Shown here: positions 1-11,281 of the stretch, in pieces
How positions within the stretch are numbered: position 1 is the first letter of the stretch
How the letters are laid out: every line of letters starts with the position of its first letter
DNA from: Phallusia mammillata
Lineage: Eukaryota
DNA length: 64,000 nucleotides
NCBI GenBank assembly: GCA_965637545.1
Contig: OZ281498.1
Span: forward strand, 13,578,001-13,642,000
Direction of reading: 5' to 3'
The notes under the pieces: generated by a model
Seen by the model: only the letters and a program-made list of their open reading frames with translations
The model's database searches: none
What the model was told of the DNA's origin: nothing
Made by a program: the position numbers and the translations under genes

Positions 1-307
1 GCTGTTAGGTTCAAAAATAAACTTATTTCGTGATGCAAATTATATCGAGAAAAATTCAATTCGATCATGTTAATACGCTCGGTAACCTGCAATTTCCTTC
101 CGCTTATCTTTCAACCGAAATAATCTTCAACTTATAACGGATAATCCGTTTTGATTACCAATATCCTCGACACTTTTTTCCGCTTTTACTCGTATATATA
201 CTGGGTCTGTCATGCAGTACTTCACTCACAACATTTGTTGTATCATCGATCGATTGTCTTCTGATTACTTTGCTTTGTATTTCGTTATACCAGCACCACT
301 GTGAAGA

Positions 308-3300
308 ATGGAATTCTCTACATGTGACAACCTTCAACAATGCGATGTTCCTTGCATTGAAAGTTTGTTTGCTAACGATCCCCAACTGCGAAGTTACGAA
401 AAGGATATTCGACTGAGGTTGGTACGACCTAAATAGTATTTGAATATATTGCTTTGTACCTATTTGAAAGGATATATCTGTATGAATAATGACGGTTTTA
501 TTTGGTCCACAAGGTAAATTAATAAGTGAGCTATTTGCGTCACCTATCGGTAAAAAGCAAATTCATGGCTTAGTTGAGTTGTGATATTAGCAGCCCCAAC
601 ATACATTAATAAATACGCTCGTTACAAACTGCTGTGTTTACTTGATATTGATGTCCAATTAAAGGTATGGTTTGTTCGAAAAAACTTTGATGGCAATTGA
701 ACGCGAGGAAGGGTTTGATCGATTCAGTCGCAGTTACGAAAATTACGGTGTTGTACTTACCCATGATGGAGGGGTGAAGTGCAGGGAATGGATTCCAAAT
801 GCACGGGCTGTCTACCTCAAGGGGGATTTTAGTGAGTTTTATGTACAGCTGGTTACTTTAGCTGAAACACAAACGTTGTAATTCACTCCATGATATATTC
901 AGGTAATTGGGAGAGAGTGAATTACAAAGAAGTTGGATACGGACAATGGGAGATTTACATTCCACCAAATCACGATGGAAGTTGTCCAATCCCACATCTT
1001 TCCGAGCTTAAAGTAATATTACTGCTGATAATCGTTTAATGGCATATGTTGTATTTTTGTACATTCGTTTCACTTTTAAAGTAGACCAAACACATAACAA
1101 ATATTTTGCATTTTTATTTACGTTTAGATTGAGATCGAAACAAGAGACAACCAAGTGTTGGAGAGAATTTCTCCTTGGGCAAATTACGTCACACAATGGG
1201 AATCTTCATTTAAGTGGCTTTTCTGGAATCCACAATCGAACGAGATTTGCAAACGAGTAAGTTAGATGGTTTCAAATAGTTTGGTTTGGTCCCAATTGAT
1301 ACACAACGATCATAACATTGTGATACGAAAATGATTTCGTTCGCAGTTTGTCGCAAATCGACTTCCCAAACCAGATCGTCTGCGTATCTATGAAGCTCAC
1401 ATCGGGATCAGCTCCGATCGATGTCAAGTTTCTTCTTTTCGCCATTTTACGTCTGAGGTTCTTCCACGAATCAGAGACTTAGGATACAACTGCGTCCTAT
1501 TGATGGCAATTATGGAACATCCTTGTTACTCAAGCGTTGGTTGCCAAGTTACCAATTTCTTTGCTCCATCCAGGTGATTATATCTTCCATTGCAATAAAC
1601 AAAAAAAGATAAACAACAAGTTATGGCCATTTTTTGTGTTTGCAGTCGGTACGGGACACCAGAAGACCTCAGAGAGTTGATCAGCGTTGCGCATGAAATG
1701 GGCATTTACGTCATGATGGACGTCATGCACAGTGAAGCATCGAGAAATTCTTCGGAAGGTTTAAACCGATTCGATGGCACCGATGATTGCTTCTTTCGAT
1801 CTGATAGGAGTGATTGTCATGCTCATGCAAATGATACAAGAAAGTTTGATTTTACAAAGTATATCTTGTTTTGTTTTCATGTTTGACCCTCAACAGAAAA
1901 CTAGCAACATTTTTTTAATTTTTAGATGGGAAGTGCTTCGGTTTCTTCTTTCCAATTTACGTCATTATGTGGACAACTTTGATTTCGATGGCTTTCGCTT
2001 TAGAGATGTGACGTCGATGATCTACCACGATCAAAGTTCGGGTTGGTATTAAAGCATCTGCCACATCAGAAACATATAATATAATTTATTTCTAACTTTT
2101 ATAGATCGTCGATATGCCTCCGGCTACAAACAATATTTCGGAATGCACATGGACATTGAGGCGATGGCTTATTTGATGCTTGCCAATAAGATGCTGCATC
2201 AGTTCTATCCACAAATCATCACAATAGCCGAGGTCAGTTAACTTCGTGAGGACCATACTTGAAGAATGCTGAAATAGAACAAATCAATTAATAACATTAT
2301 AATATCATACATAGGAACATTCTGAATATCCTGGTTTGACACATTTGGTGCGTGAGGGTGGTTTTGGTTTCGACTACAGACTATCAATGCACATTCCAAG
2401 CAAATGGATGCAGGTGATTCATGAATCAATGTTGGGCTGATATTTTGATTTGGCTTTGTGCGAAGTTTTTTGTTTGTGATTAGTTGCTAAACGAGCGTAG
2501 AGACGAAGATTGGAATATGAACGATATTTGTGAAATGTTTTTGGAATGTCGAAGAGGAGAAAAATACATCACTTTTTCGGAAAATTATGAGCAGGTAAGT
2601 TTTGTTATCTTTTATTTAATCGTGTTTGTATTTGACAAGCATTTTTTGTTGCAGAACACTGATGACCAGTGGACAATAGCAAGACAACTGATGGGTGACG
2701 AATGTATGTTGGATGGACAAGAAATGTCTCTGAAGTTGGATAGAGGAATAAGTCTTTATAAAATGGTCAGATTGTTCACCAGTGCTTTCAGTGGACAAGC
2801 TTTTCTAAACTTTATGGGTAAGAAGTCAAACAGTAAAAGTTTTGCATACGATGAAAATTTAATGCATTGATATTTTGCAAGCAGGTAATGAATTTGGTCA
2901 TCCTGATTGGGTGGAGTTTCCATCAGTGCAAAATTTTGACAACTATCATTTGGCCCGACGACAATTTCAGCTGGCCGACAACCCACAACTGAGATACAAA
3001 TTTCTCAATAACTTCGATATGGAAATGAATCGGTTGGAAGAACGGTTCGCGTGGCTCAACTCATCACCAGTATGTGTTTTACCGATAATGCTTTCCAAGA
3101 TCTTGGAAAAAACAGTTATTTGATGAAATAAAATAAAAACTGTCTCAAGAGGGAAACGACTTTAATCAGTGTAATATGTAGCGGATGAATTTAGCGTTTA
3201 GACAAACAAAATTATTACATGTGTTTTGATAACAAATATTTTTTCTTTTGTTTAAAGGCTTTTCTTACTCGCCAACATAATGATGACAAAGTAATCATCT

Positions 3301-4145
3301 TCGAACGTGCTGGTCTTCTTTTCATGTTCAACTTTCATCCAACAAGAAGCTATCCCGATTATCGAATCGGTGTGCGAACGCCAGGGAAGTAAGTAGAGTC
3401 CTAGAATGGTAGTGAAAATATAACTATTGTTGTTTGCATTTTTTAAAATTCATTAAAGGTACAACATCGTGCTGGACAGTGACGACAAAATGTTTGGAGG
3501 TCATGGAAGGAATCAAGCTTCAACTGATTTTTGTACCCAACAACAAGCTTGTGACAACATGAAATGCTCTCTGATGGTAAATTATAAGTTATATTATGAA
3601 TTAAATTAGAAAAGGCGTTATTTTATAAATTAGAAAGTGATTATTTGTTTAAACAACGCATTAATTGCATTTTGTTTTAGGTCTACTTGCCATCTCGATG
3701 TGTTGTCGTCATGGCAAACGAAACGATTTATTCCAAACAAAACTGGTTAAACGCCAACCGCGTTTATAACGAATATGGGAATTGTGGCGAGCGTGGTCGA
3801 AACTTTAATGATGCCAGACGTGGATCGGAATGGCATCGACACCGAAGTCACAGTCGAGGTCGTCAAGGTTTTCGACAAACTTCTCCTGGATTTGAAGCAC
3901 GTTTTAGTGGAATGTGTGTCACTGAACCGAGTTACCGAAGAGAAACAAGTCCTTATAAAGGCAGAAGTATCAACCGAAGTCAAAATCGTAGTGATTACCG
4001 TGATGGTCCGGATTACAACAGTCGTATGTATCGTGATGAAAATATGGGCAAGGAGATGAAAAGTGATTTTGGACGCAGCAGCCGAAGTCCTGTTCGAAGC
4101 AGATCTATTGGCTTTGAAAAATCAGTCAGCCCGACCCGGTATTAG
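308..4145 (+). CDS. GBE1: Glycogen branching enzyme (GH13_8, CBM48)-like protein, copy 1; 15 exons, 823 aa; active-site residues substituted; RS-rich C-terminal extension
   Basis: Exons 308-417, 665-831, 903-1012, 1128-1256, 1347-1573, 1646-1858, 1926-2041, 2105-2232, 2315-2413, 2484-2594, 2655-2817, 2885-3069, 3258-3388, 3459-3576, 3681-4145. All introns are GT-AG with consistent phases (2472 nt, no internal stop). GBE1 motifs are colinear: [128 protein letters not shown]. It is a divergent paralogue rather than a clear orthologue. Confidence 0.93.
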
Positions 4146-5200
4146 ATAATGTTGTTGTGAATTTATGTGGTTCGTTGTTTGTTAAATATGTTATGTGCCG
4201 AATGTATTTACATACAACATTTTTAGCTGTCATGTATTATTTTAGCAGGTGTTGTAAATATATTCCAATGTGAATAAAATATATGTATTTGAAACATACA
4301 TCGTGTGTGATAAGTAGCCAGAAACAGAACTTGCAAATTAGTTGTAATTGTAAACACCATGATATTTTAAAACGTAATCACGATTGTTAATAGTTTTGAA
4401 CATGGTATGTTCAAAAAATTGAGCAAATATGGTAAGCTTATAACGACCCGTGAACGCTCACTGGTTATAAGTCCGGAACGTCACAAGAGAGGGGATTGAA
4501 ACGCGCTTCCTAAAGACCTCCAACAAACTGTCCACGCAGAAATGTGTTTTGTAGATTTTGTTGAGTGAACACATCAATTGCGGTGGGAAAGGAGACGGTT
4601 TCTACGCAAAGGCATTGCGTTACTTATTCTGCTTTATATGAAGAAATACAACACAAATCTTACCAACTGTTGAGGTAACCGGAAAAAATAAACAACACGC
4701 AGTAATTACTGTCACACACCCCAACATTCAATGAAGTATAAGACCACAATGCGACGTCAAGCACAGTCCAGCTATTTTAGGCGACAGTTCTAGAGTAGAA
4801 TTAAGTCACGACAAACACATATTTGCAAATCGACTCATTAATAAAAAATACCTTTTACAGTTTACACGGTAAAAACACGACTTTCCAATACAACATCGTG
4901 CTGCACGAAAGTCAGTGACGAAAAAACTTATCCAAGTTGCGTTATCACACAAAACTGGCAGTTAGTTGTACGTCACACAACTCAATAGATTACAACACAA
5001 GTTGTTGTGAGAGAGAGCGAGAATCAATAGAATCAGCAATTACTGGCAAACAAAGTGTAACACATGGAAAACAGCAGTTTAATCATTATTATTTCAAACC
5101 TTATTTTTCGTGTTGGGAAAACTGGTGTTTGATGTGCAAACAAGATAAAATAACATTTTGCACATTTGGATTCTTCTCACCAAACAAATGTTTTAACACC

Positions 5201-5390
5201 GTCAAGTTGGCCGAGTGGTTAGCGCAACCGCTTAGTGATTACACGGTCAGTGGTTCTAATACTATCTCGGTCGCTTGTGTTTCCTTGAGCAAGAAACTTA
5301 TGCGGCATTGCTCCAAACCAGTGGTTCCCTATGGGTTGAACTAAATTGAAGTCACCAACGGCCAAAAACCGAAAAAATCAAATAAAAAAT
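5201..5390 (+). mobile_element. tRNA-derived SINE
   Basis: Pol III A box TGGCCGAGTGG (5208-5218) and degenerate B box GGTTCTAATAC (5252-5262). These are followed by tgtgtttccttgagcaagaaactta...cattgctcc, resembling the conserved central domain of CORE/V-type SINEs, and an A-rich tail. No complete cloverleaf or acceptor stem. Confidence 0.7.
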
Positions 5391-6409
5391 GATCAACGGA
5401 CAATAAAACAGGCAGCTCGACGGCGGACTCATTGTGAGCATAACGCATTCAGGCGTTGCCCGCCCACCGAGGATAAAAATGAAACAAAATGAAAAAATAA
5501 AAATGAAAAAAAAACGCTTTTGATTTGTTCGTTTTCTAATGAATATTTTGTCTTGATTACATGCGTTGTTGACAGAAGTACAAATACCTATTCTTATGTG
5601 ATCACTGAATTACTTGCTATTAAACAACCTGCGAATAAATGCCTTTGTAACGTATGCTACTAGATACAACCATTCGTCATTAAACCAATATAAAACCAAC
5701 AACATAAGGTCAAAATTTCGTCATACAAAAGGTGGATATACACCTACAACTCTTACGATGAAGTGCTTAATTTATATCATGTCAAAAAAGTTTTGCTAAA
5801 TGGCACTCAATGTAAACAATCCGTATTGTTGGATAAAGCAAAGTATTTTCGTTGTATGATTGTAGCAAATCTTGTCCAGTCTTGAATATAGTGCTAAGAA
5901 AGAAACTATATTAACTAAGTTACATATAAGTCAACATCTAGGACTCTAAAGCTGGATGAAACATGTTGTCCACATAGATTCTGGCAAATGAAAGTAAAAT
6001 AACTTGTATCTTTTCTATGATTACAACTGCAAAAGACCTGACCGCGTGCCGGCAGTCGACTGCTGATGTCCGATCCATGTACCCTTACAACAGTTGAGTC
6101 GCACTGCAATACACACTAAATATCAATTATATGCAAAGACAAGTGAAAATCTATAAAGTCTCACTTACATTGCAGTAACGACGCCATTCCGGTGTGTTTG
6201 TGTGATTTTTAAAACCCCACTCATCTTATTTTTGGTATTGTCATTCCCAAAATTTCTCCGATAAAACCTTTATTTTTCAGCCATTGAGAAGCTCTCATTT
6301 TACTCGACAATCGATTGAAAGAAATTGTAATTGTAATTCAGAAGCCAAGTCCTTCATTCATACAAAGTTTATTGCAAATTGAGAAATCGGGTTTTGTGAT
6401 CTGTTAAAA

Positions 6410-6646
6410 CAGTGGTCGGCAACCGCCGGTCCACGGCCCGGTACCGGTCCGCGAGGAGTTCGTTACCGGGCCGTATAACTTTTCCTGTGGAACGGTTTAA
6501 AAAACATTTTGCCCATGTATCCCGGGAATGATAAACTAATTTAGGTGTTTTTATTGCTAAATATTTGTAGTTTTTTGAAGACCGGTCCGCGATAAAATTT
6601 CACTTTCAAAAACGGTCCGCGGTGCAATAAAGGTTGCCGACCCCTG
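6410..6646. mobile_element. hAT (Charlie/Buster-type) MITE, family A copy 1
   Basis: TIRs cagtggtcggcaacc / ggttgccgacccctg; 8-bp TSD tgttaaaa / cgttaaaa (7 of 8 match); internal ccggtccgcg repeats. Confidence 0.88.
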
Positions 6647-7377
6647 CGTTAAAACATAAGCAAGACAAAACATTCACAAAAATAATGAACAATATTCTAC
6701 TTTAATGGTGCTTGTTAAGTGTTAGAAACTGATTGAAAAAACAGTGAGATGATTCCATTCGGGTAAAAGATGAAATTATGTCTCGGTTTGAAGCAATTAC
6801 GTTAGTTAGATTATCTGATATCAAATTGGGGTCATTTGGTATTTCGCGATTAAGCCTAAGTATATTGCTCATTACAATACATTACATTCTAACCATAACG
6901 ATCAACACACTTTGGCGAGCAATAAAAGTATTATAACAATCAAATCAAATAATCTCGTTATCCCTTTTGCATAGGAAAAAATATTCAAAATTGTTCGACT
7001 TAACGATCAACCAAAAATAAATTATTATTTAAGAAAGGAAAACACATCTCCCAATATTTAATTTTAAGCTTAATTTTTTTAACATTGAAACTTTGTAAAT
7101 GAATCGCACAAAGCCAAATCAATATATCAGCCTATCATGTTAATACGCTCGGTAACCTGCAATTTCCTTCCGCTTATCTTTCAACCGAAATAATCTTATA
7201 CTTATAACGGATAATCCGTTTTGATTACCAATATCCTCGACACTTTTTTCCGCTTTTACTCGTATATATACTGGGTCTGTCATGCAGTACTTCACTCACA
7301 ACATTTGTTGTATCATCGATCGATTGTCTTCTGATTACTTTGCTTTGTATTTCGTTATACCAGCACTACTGTGAAGA

Positions 7378-10300
7378 ATGGATTTCTCTACATGTGACAA
7401 CCTTCAACAATGCGATGTTCCTTGCATTGAAAGTTTGTTTGCTAACGATCCCCAACTGCGAAGTTACGAAAAGGATATTCGACTTAGGTTGGTACGGCCT
7501 AAATGGTATTTGAATATATTGCTTTGTACCTATTTGAAAGGATATTTCTGTATAAATAATGACGGTTTTATTTGGTCCACAAGGAAAATTAATAAGTGAG
7601 CTATTTGCGTCACCTATCGGTAAAAAGCAAATTCATGGCTGAGTTGAGTTGTGATATTAGCAGCTCCAACATACATTAATAAATACACTCGTTACAAACT
7701 GTGTTTACTTGATATTGATGTCCAATTAATTAAAGGTATGGTTTGTTCGAAAAAACTTTGATGGCAATTGAACGCGAGGAAGGGTTTGATCGATTCAGTC
7801 GCAGTTACGAAAATTACGGTGTTGTACTTACCCATGATGGAGGAGTGAAGTGCAGGGAATGGATTCCAAATGCACGGACTGTCTACCTCAAGGGGGATTT
7901 TAGTGAGTTTTATGTACAGCTTGTTAGTACAGCTGAAACACAAACGTTGTAATTCACTCAATGATATATTCAGGCAATTGGGAGAGAGTGAATTACAAAG
8001 AAGTTGGATACGGACAATGGGAGATTTACATTCCACCAAATCACGATGGAAGTTGTCCAATCCCACATCTTTCCGAGCTTAAAGTAATATTACTGCTGAT
8101 AATCGTTTAATGACATATGTTGTATTATTGTACAATCGTTTCACTTTTAAAGTGTACCAAACATATAACAAGTATTTGCAAAGATATTTATTTTTATTTA
8201 GATTGAGATCGAGACAAGAGACAACCAAGTGTTGGAGAGAATTTCTCCTTGGGCAAATTACGTCACACAATGGGAATCGTCATTTAAGTGGCTTTTCTGG
8301 AATCCAAAATCGAACGAGATTTCCAAACGAGTAAGTTAGATGGTTTCAAATAGTTTGGTTTGGACCCAATTGCTATACAACGATCATAACATTATAATAG
8401 GAAAATGATTTCTTTCGCAGTTTGTCGCAAATCGACTTCCCAAACCAGATCGTCTGCGTATTTATGAAGCTCACATCGGGATCAGCTCCGATCGATGTCA
8501 GGTTTCTTCTTTTCGCCATTTTACGTCTGAGGTTCTTCCACGAATCAGAGGCTTAGGATACAACTGTGTCCTATTGATGGCAATTATGGAACATCCTTGT
8601 TACTCAAGCGTTGATTGCCAAGTTACCAATTTCTTTGCTCCATCCAGGTGATTATATCTTCCCTTGCAATAAACAAAAAAGAGACAAAGATCAAGTTATG
8701 GCCATTTTTTGTGTTTGCAGTCGGTACGGGACACCAGAAGACCTCAGAGAGTTGATCAGCGTTGCGCATGAAATGGGCATTTACGTCATGATGGACGTCA
8801 TGCACAGTGAAGCATCGAGAAATTCTTCGGAAGGTTTAAACCGATTCGATGGCACCGATGATTGCTTCTTTCGATCTGATAGACGTGATCGTCATGCAAC
8901 TGATACAAGAAAGTTTGATTTTACAAAGTATATCTTGTTTTGTTTTCATGTTTGACTCCTAACTGAAAATTAGCAACATTTTTTAAATTTTTAGATGGGA
9001 AGTGCTTCGGTTTCTTCTTTCCAATTTACGTCATTATGTGGACAACTTTGATTTCGATGGTTTTCGCTTTAGAGATGTGACGTCGATGATCTACCACGAT
9101 CAAAGTTCGGGTTGGTATTAAAGCAATCTGCCACATTAGAAACTTATATAATTTATTCCTAACTTTATAGATCGTCGATATGCCTCCGACTACCAACAAT
9201 ATTTCGGAATGCACATGGACATTGAAGCGATAGCTTATTTGATGCTTGCCAATAAGATGCTGCATCAGTTCTATCCACAAATCATCACAATAGCCGAGGT
9301 CAGTTAACAACAATTATTTATAAAACTCGTAAGGACCATACTTGAAGAATGTTGAAATAAAACAAATCAATTAATAACATTATAATATCATACATAGGAA
9401 CATTCTGAATATCCTGGTTTGACACATTTGGTGCGTGAGGGTGGTTTTGGTTTCGACTACAGACTATCAATGCACATTCCAAGCAAATGGATGCAGGTGA
9501 TTCATGAATCGATGTTAGGCCGATATATTGATTTGGCTTTGTGTGAAGTTTATTGTTTGTGATTAGTTGCTAAACGAGCGTAGAGATGAAGATTGGAATA
9601 TGAACGATATTTGTGAAATGTTTTTGGAATGTCGAAGAGGAGAAAAATACATCACCTTTCCGGAAAATTATGAGCAGGTAAGTTTTGTTATCTTTTATTT
9701 AATCGTGTTTGTATTTAACAAGCATTTTTTGTTGTAGAACACTGATGACCAGTGGACGATAGCAAGACAACTGATGGGTGACGAATGTATGTTGGATGGA
9801 CAAGAAATGTCTCTGAAGTTGGATAGAGGAATAAGTCTTTATAAAATGATCAGATTGTTTACCAGTGCTTTCAGTGGACAAGCTTTTCTAAACTTTATGG
9901 GTAAGAAGTCAAACAGTAAAGTTTTGCATATGGTAAAAATTTAATACATTGATATTTTGCAAGCAGGTAATGAATTTGGTCAACCTGATTGGGTGGAGTT
10001 TCCATCAGTGCAAAACTTTGACAACTATCATTTGGCCAGACGACAATTTCAGCTGGCCGACAACCCACAACTGAGATACAAATTTCTCAATAACTTCGAT
10101 ATGGAAATGAATCGGTTGGAAGAACGGTTCGCGTGGCTCAACTCATCACCAGTACGTGTTTTACCGACAATGCTTTCCAAGATCTTAAAAAAACAGTTAT
10201 TTGATGAAATGAAATAAAAACTGTCACAGAAGGGAAACGACTTTAATCAGTGTAATATGTAGCGAGGATGGATTTAGAGTTTAGACAAACAAAATTATTA

Positions 10301-11281
10301 CATGTGTTTTGATAACAAATATTTTTTCTTTTGTTTCAAGGCTTTTCTTACTCGCCAACATAATGATGACAAAGTAATCATCTTCGAACGTGCTGGTCTT
10401 CTTTTCATGTTCAACTTTCATCCAACAAGAAGCTATCCCGACTATCGAATCGGTGTGCGAACGCCAGGGAAGTAAGTAGAGTCCTAGAATGGTAGTGAAA
10501 ATATAACTATTGTTGTTTACATTTTTCAAAATTCATTAAAGGTACAACATCGTGCTGGACAGTGACGACAAAATGTTTGGAGGTCATGGAAGGAATCAAG
10601 CTTCAACTGATTTTTATACCCAACAACAAGCTTGTGACAACATGAAATGTTCTCTGATGGTAAGAGTTTCAGTATGGAAGGTTTTCTTTATTTTTTAGCG
10701 GCATAAGTTCAAATTATTTATAAATTATATCATAAATTAAATTAGAAAAGGCATTATTTTATGAATTAAAAAGGGATTAAGTTTTCAAACAACGCATTAA
10801 TTGCATTTTGTTTTAGGTCTACTTACCATCACGAAGTGTTGTCGTCATGGCAAACGAAACGATTTATTCCAAACAAAACTGGATAAACGCCAACCGCGTT
10901 TATAACGAGTATGGGAATTGTGGCGAGCGTGGTCGAAACTTTAATGATGCCAGACGTGGATCGGAATGGCATCGACACCGAAGTCACAGTCGAGGTCGTC
11001 AAGGTTTTCGACAAACTTCTCCTGGATTTGAAACACGTTTTAGTGGAATGTGTGTCACTGAACCGAGTTACCAAAGAGAAACAAGTCCTTATAAAGGCAG
11101 AAGTTTCAATCGAAGTCAAAATCGTATTGATTACCGTGATGGTCCGGATTACAACAGTCGTATGTATCGTGGTGAAAATATGGGCAAGGAGATGAAAAGT
11201 GATTTTGGACGCAGCAGCCGAAGTCCTGTTCGAAGCAGATCTATTGGCTTTAAAAAATCACATAGCCCGACCCGATATTAG
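7378..11281 (+). CDS. GBE1: Glycogen branching enzyme-like protein, copy 2; same 15-exon structure, about 821 aa
   Basis: Exon-by-exon match to copy 1 at an offset of about 7070 nt. ATG at 7378 (MDFSTCDN), stop TAG at 11279-11281. All splice sites are retained. The only coding indel seen is an in-frame 6-nt deletion in exon 6 ([11 protein letters not shown] vs [13 protein letters not shown]). Same RFRDVT and ENYEQ substitutions as copy 1. Confidence 0.92.

Noticed and set aside
5201-5275. tRNA gene
   Set aside because: A and B boxes are present but there is no acceptor stem or anticodon arm, and it continues into a SINE body.
155-11195. Many listed ORFs overlapping the GBE copies (e.g. 155-385, 2616-2798, 3747-3983, 3775-4059, 7692-8066, 10829-11119, 10911-11195)
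   Set aside because: They are antisense or alternative-frame shadows of real exons, or exon-plus-intron read-through. The spliced model accounts for the sequence.
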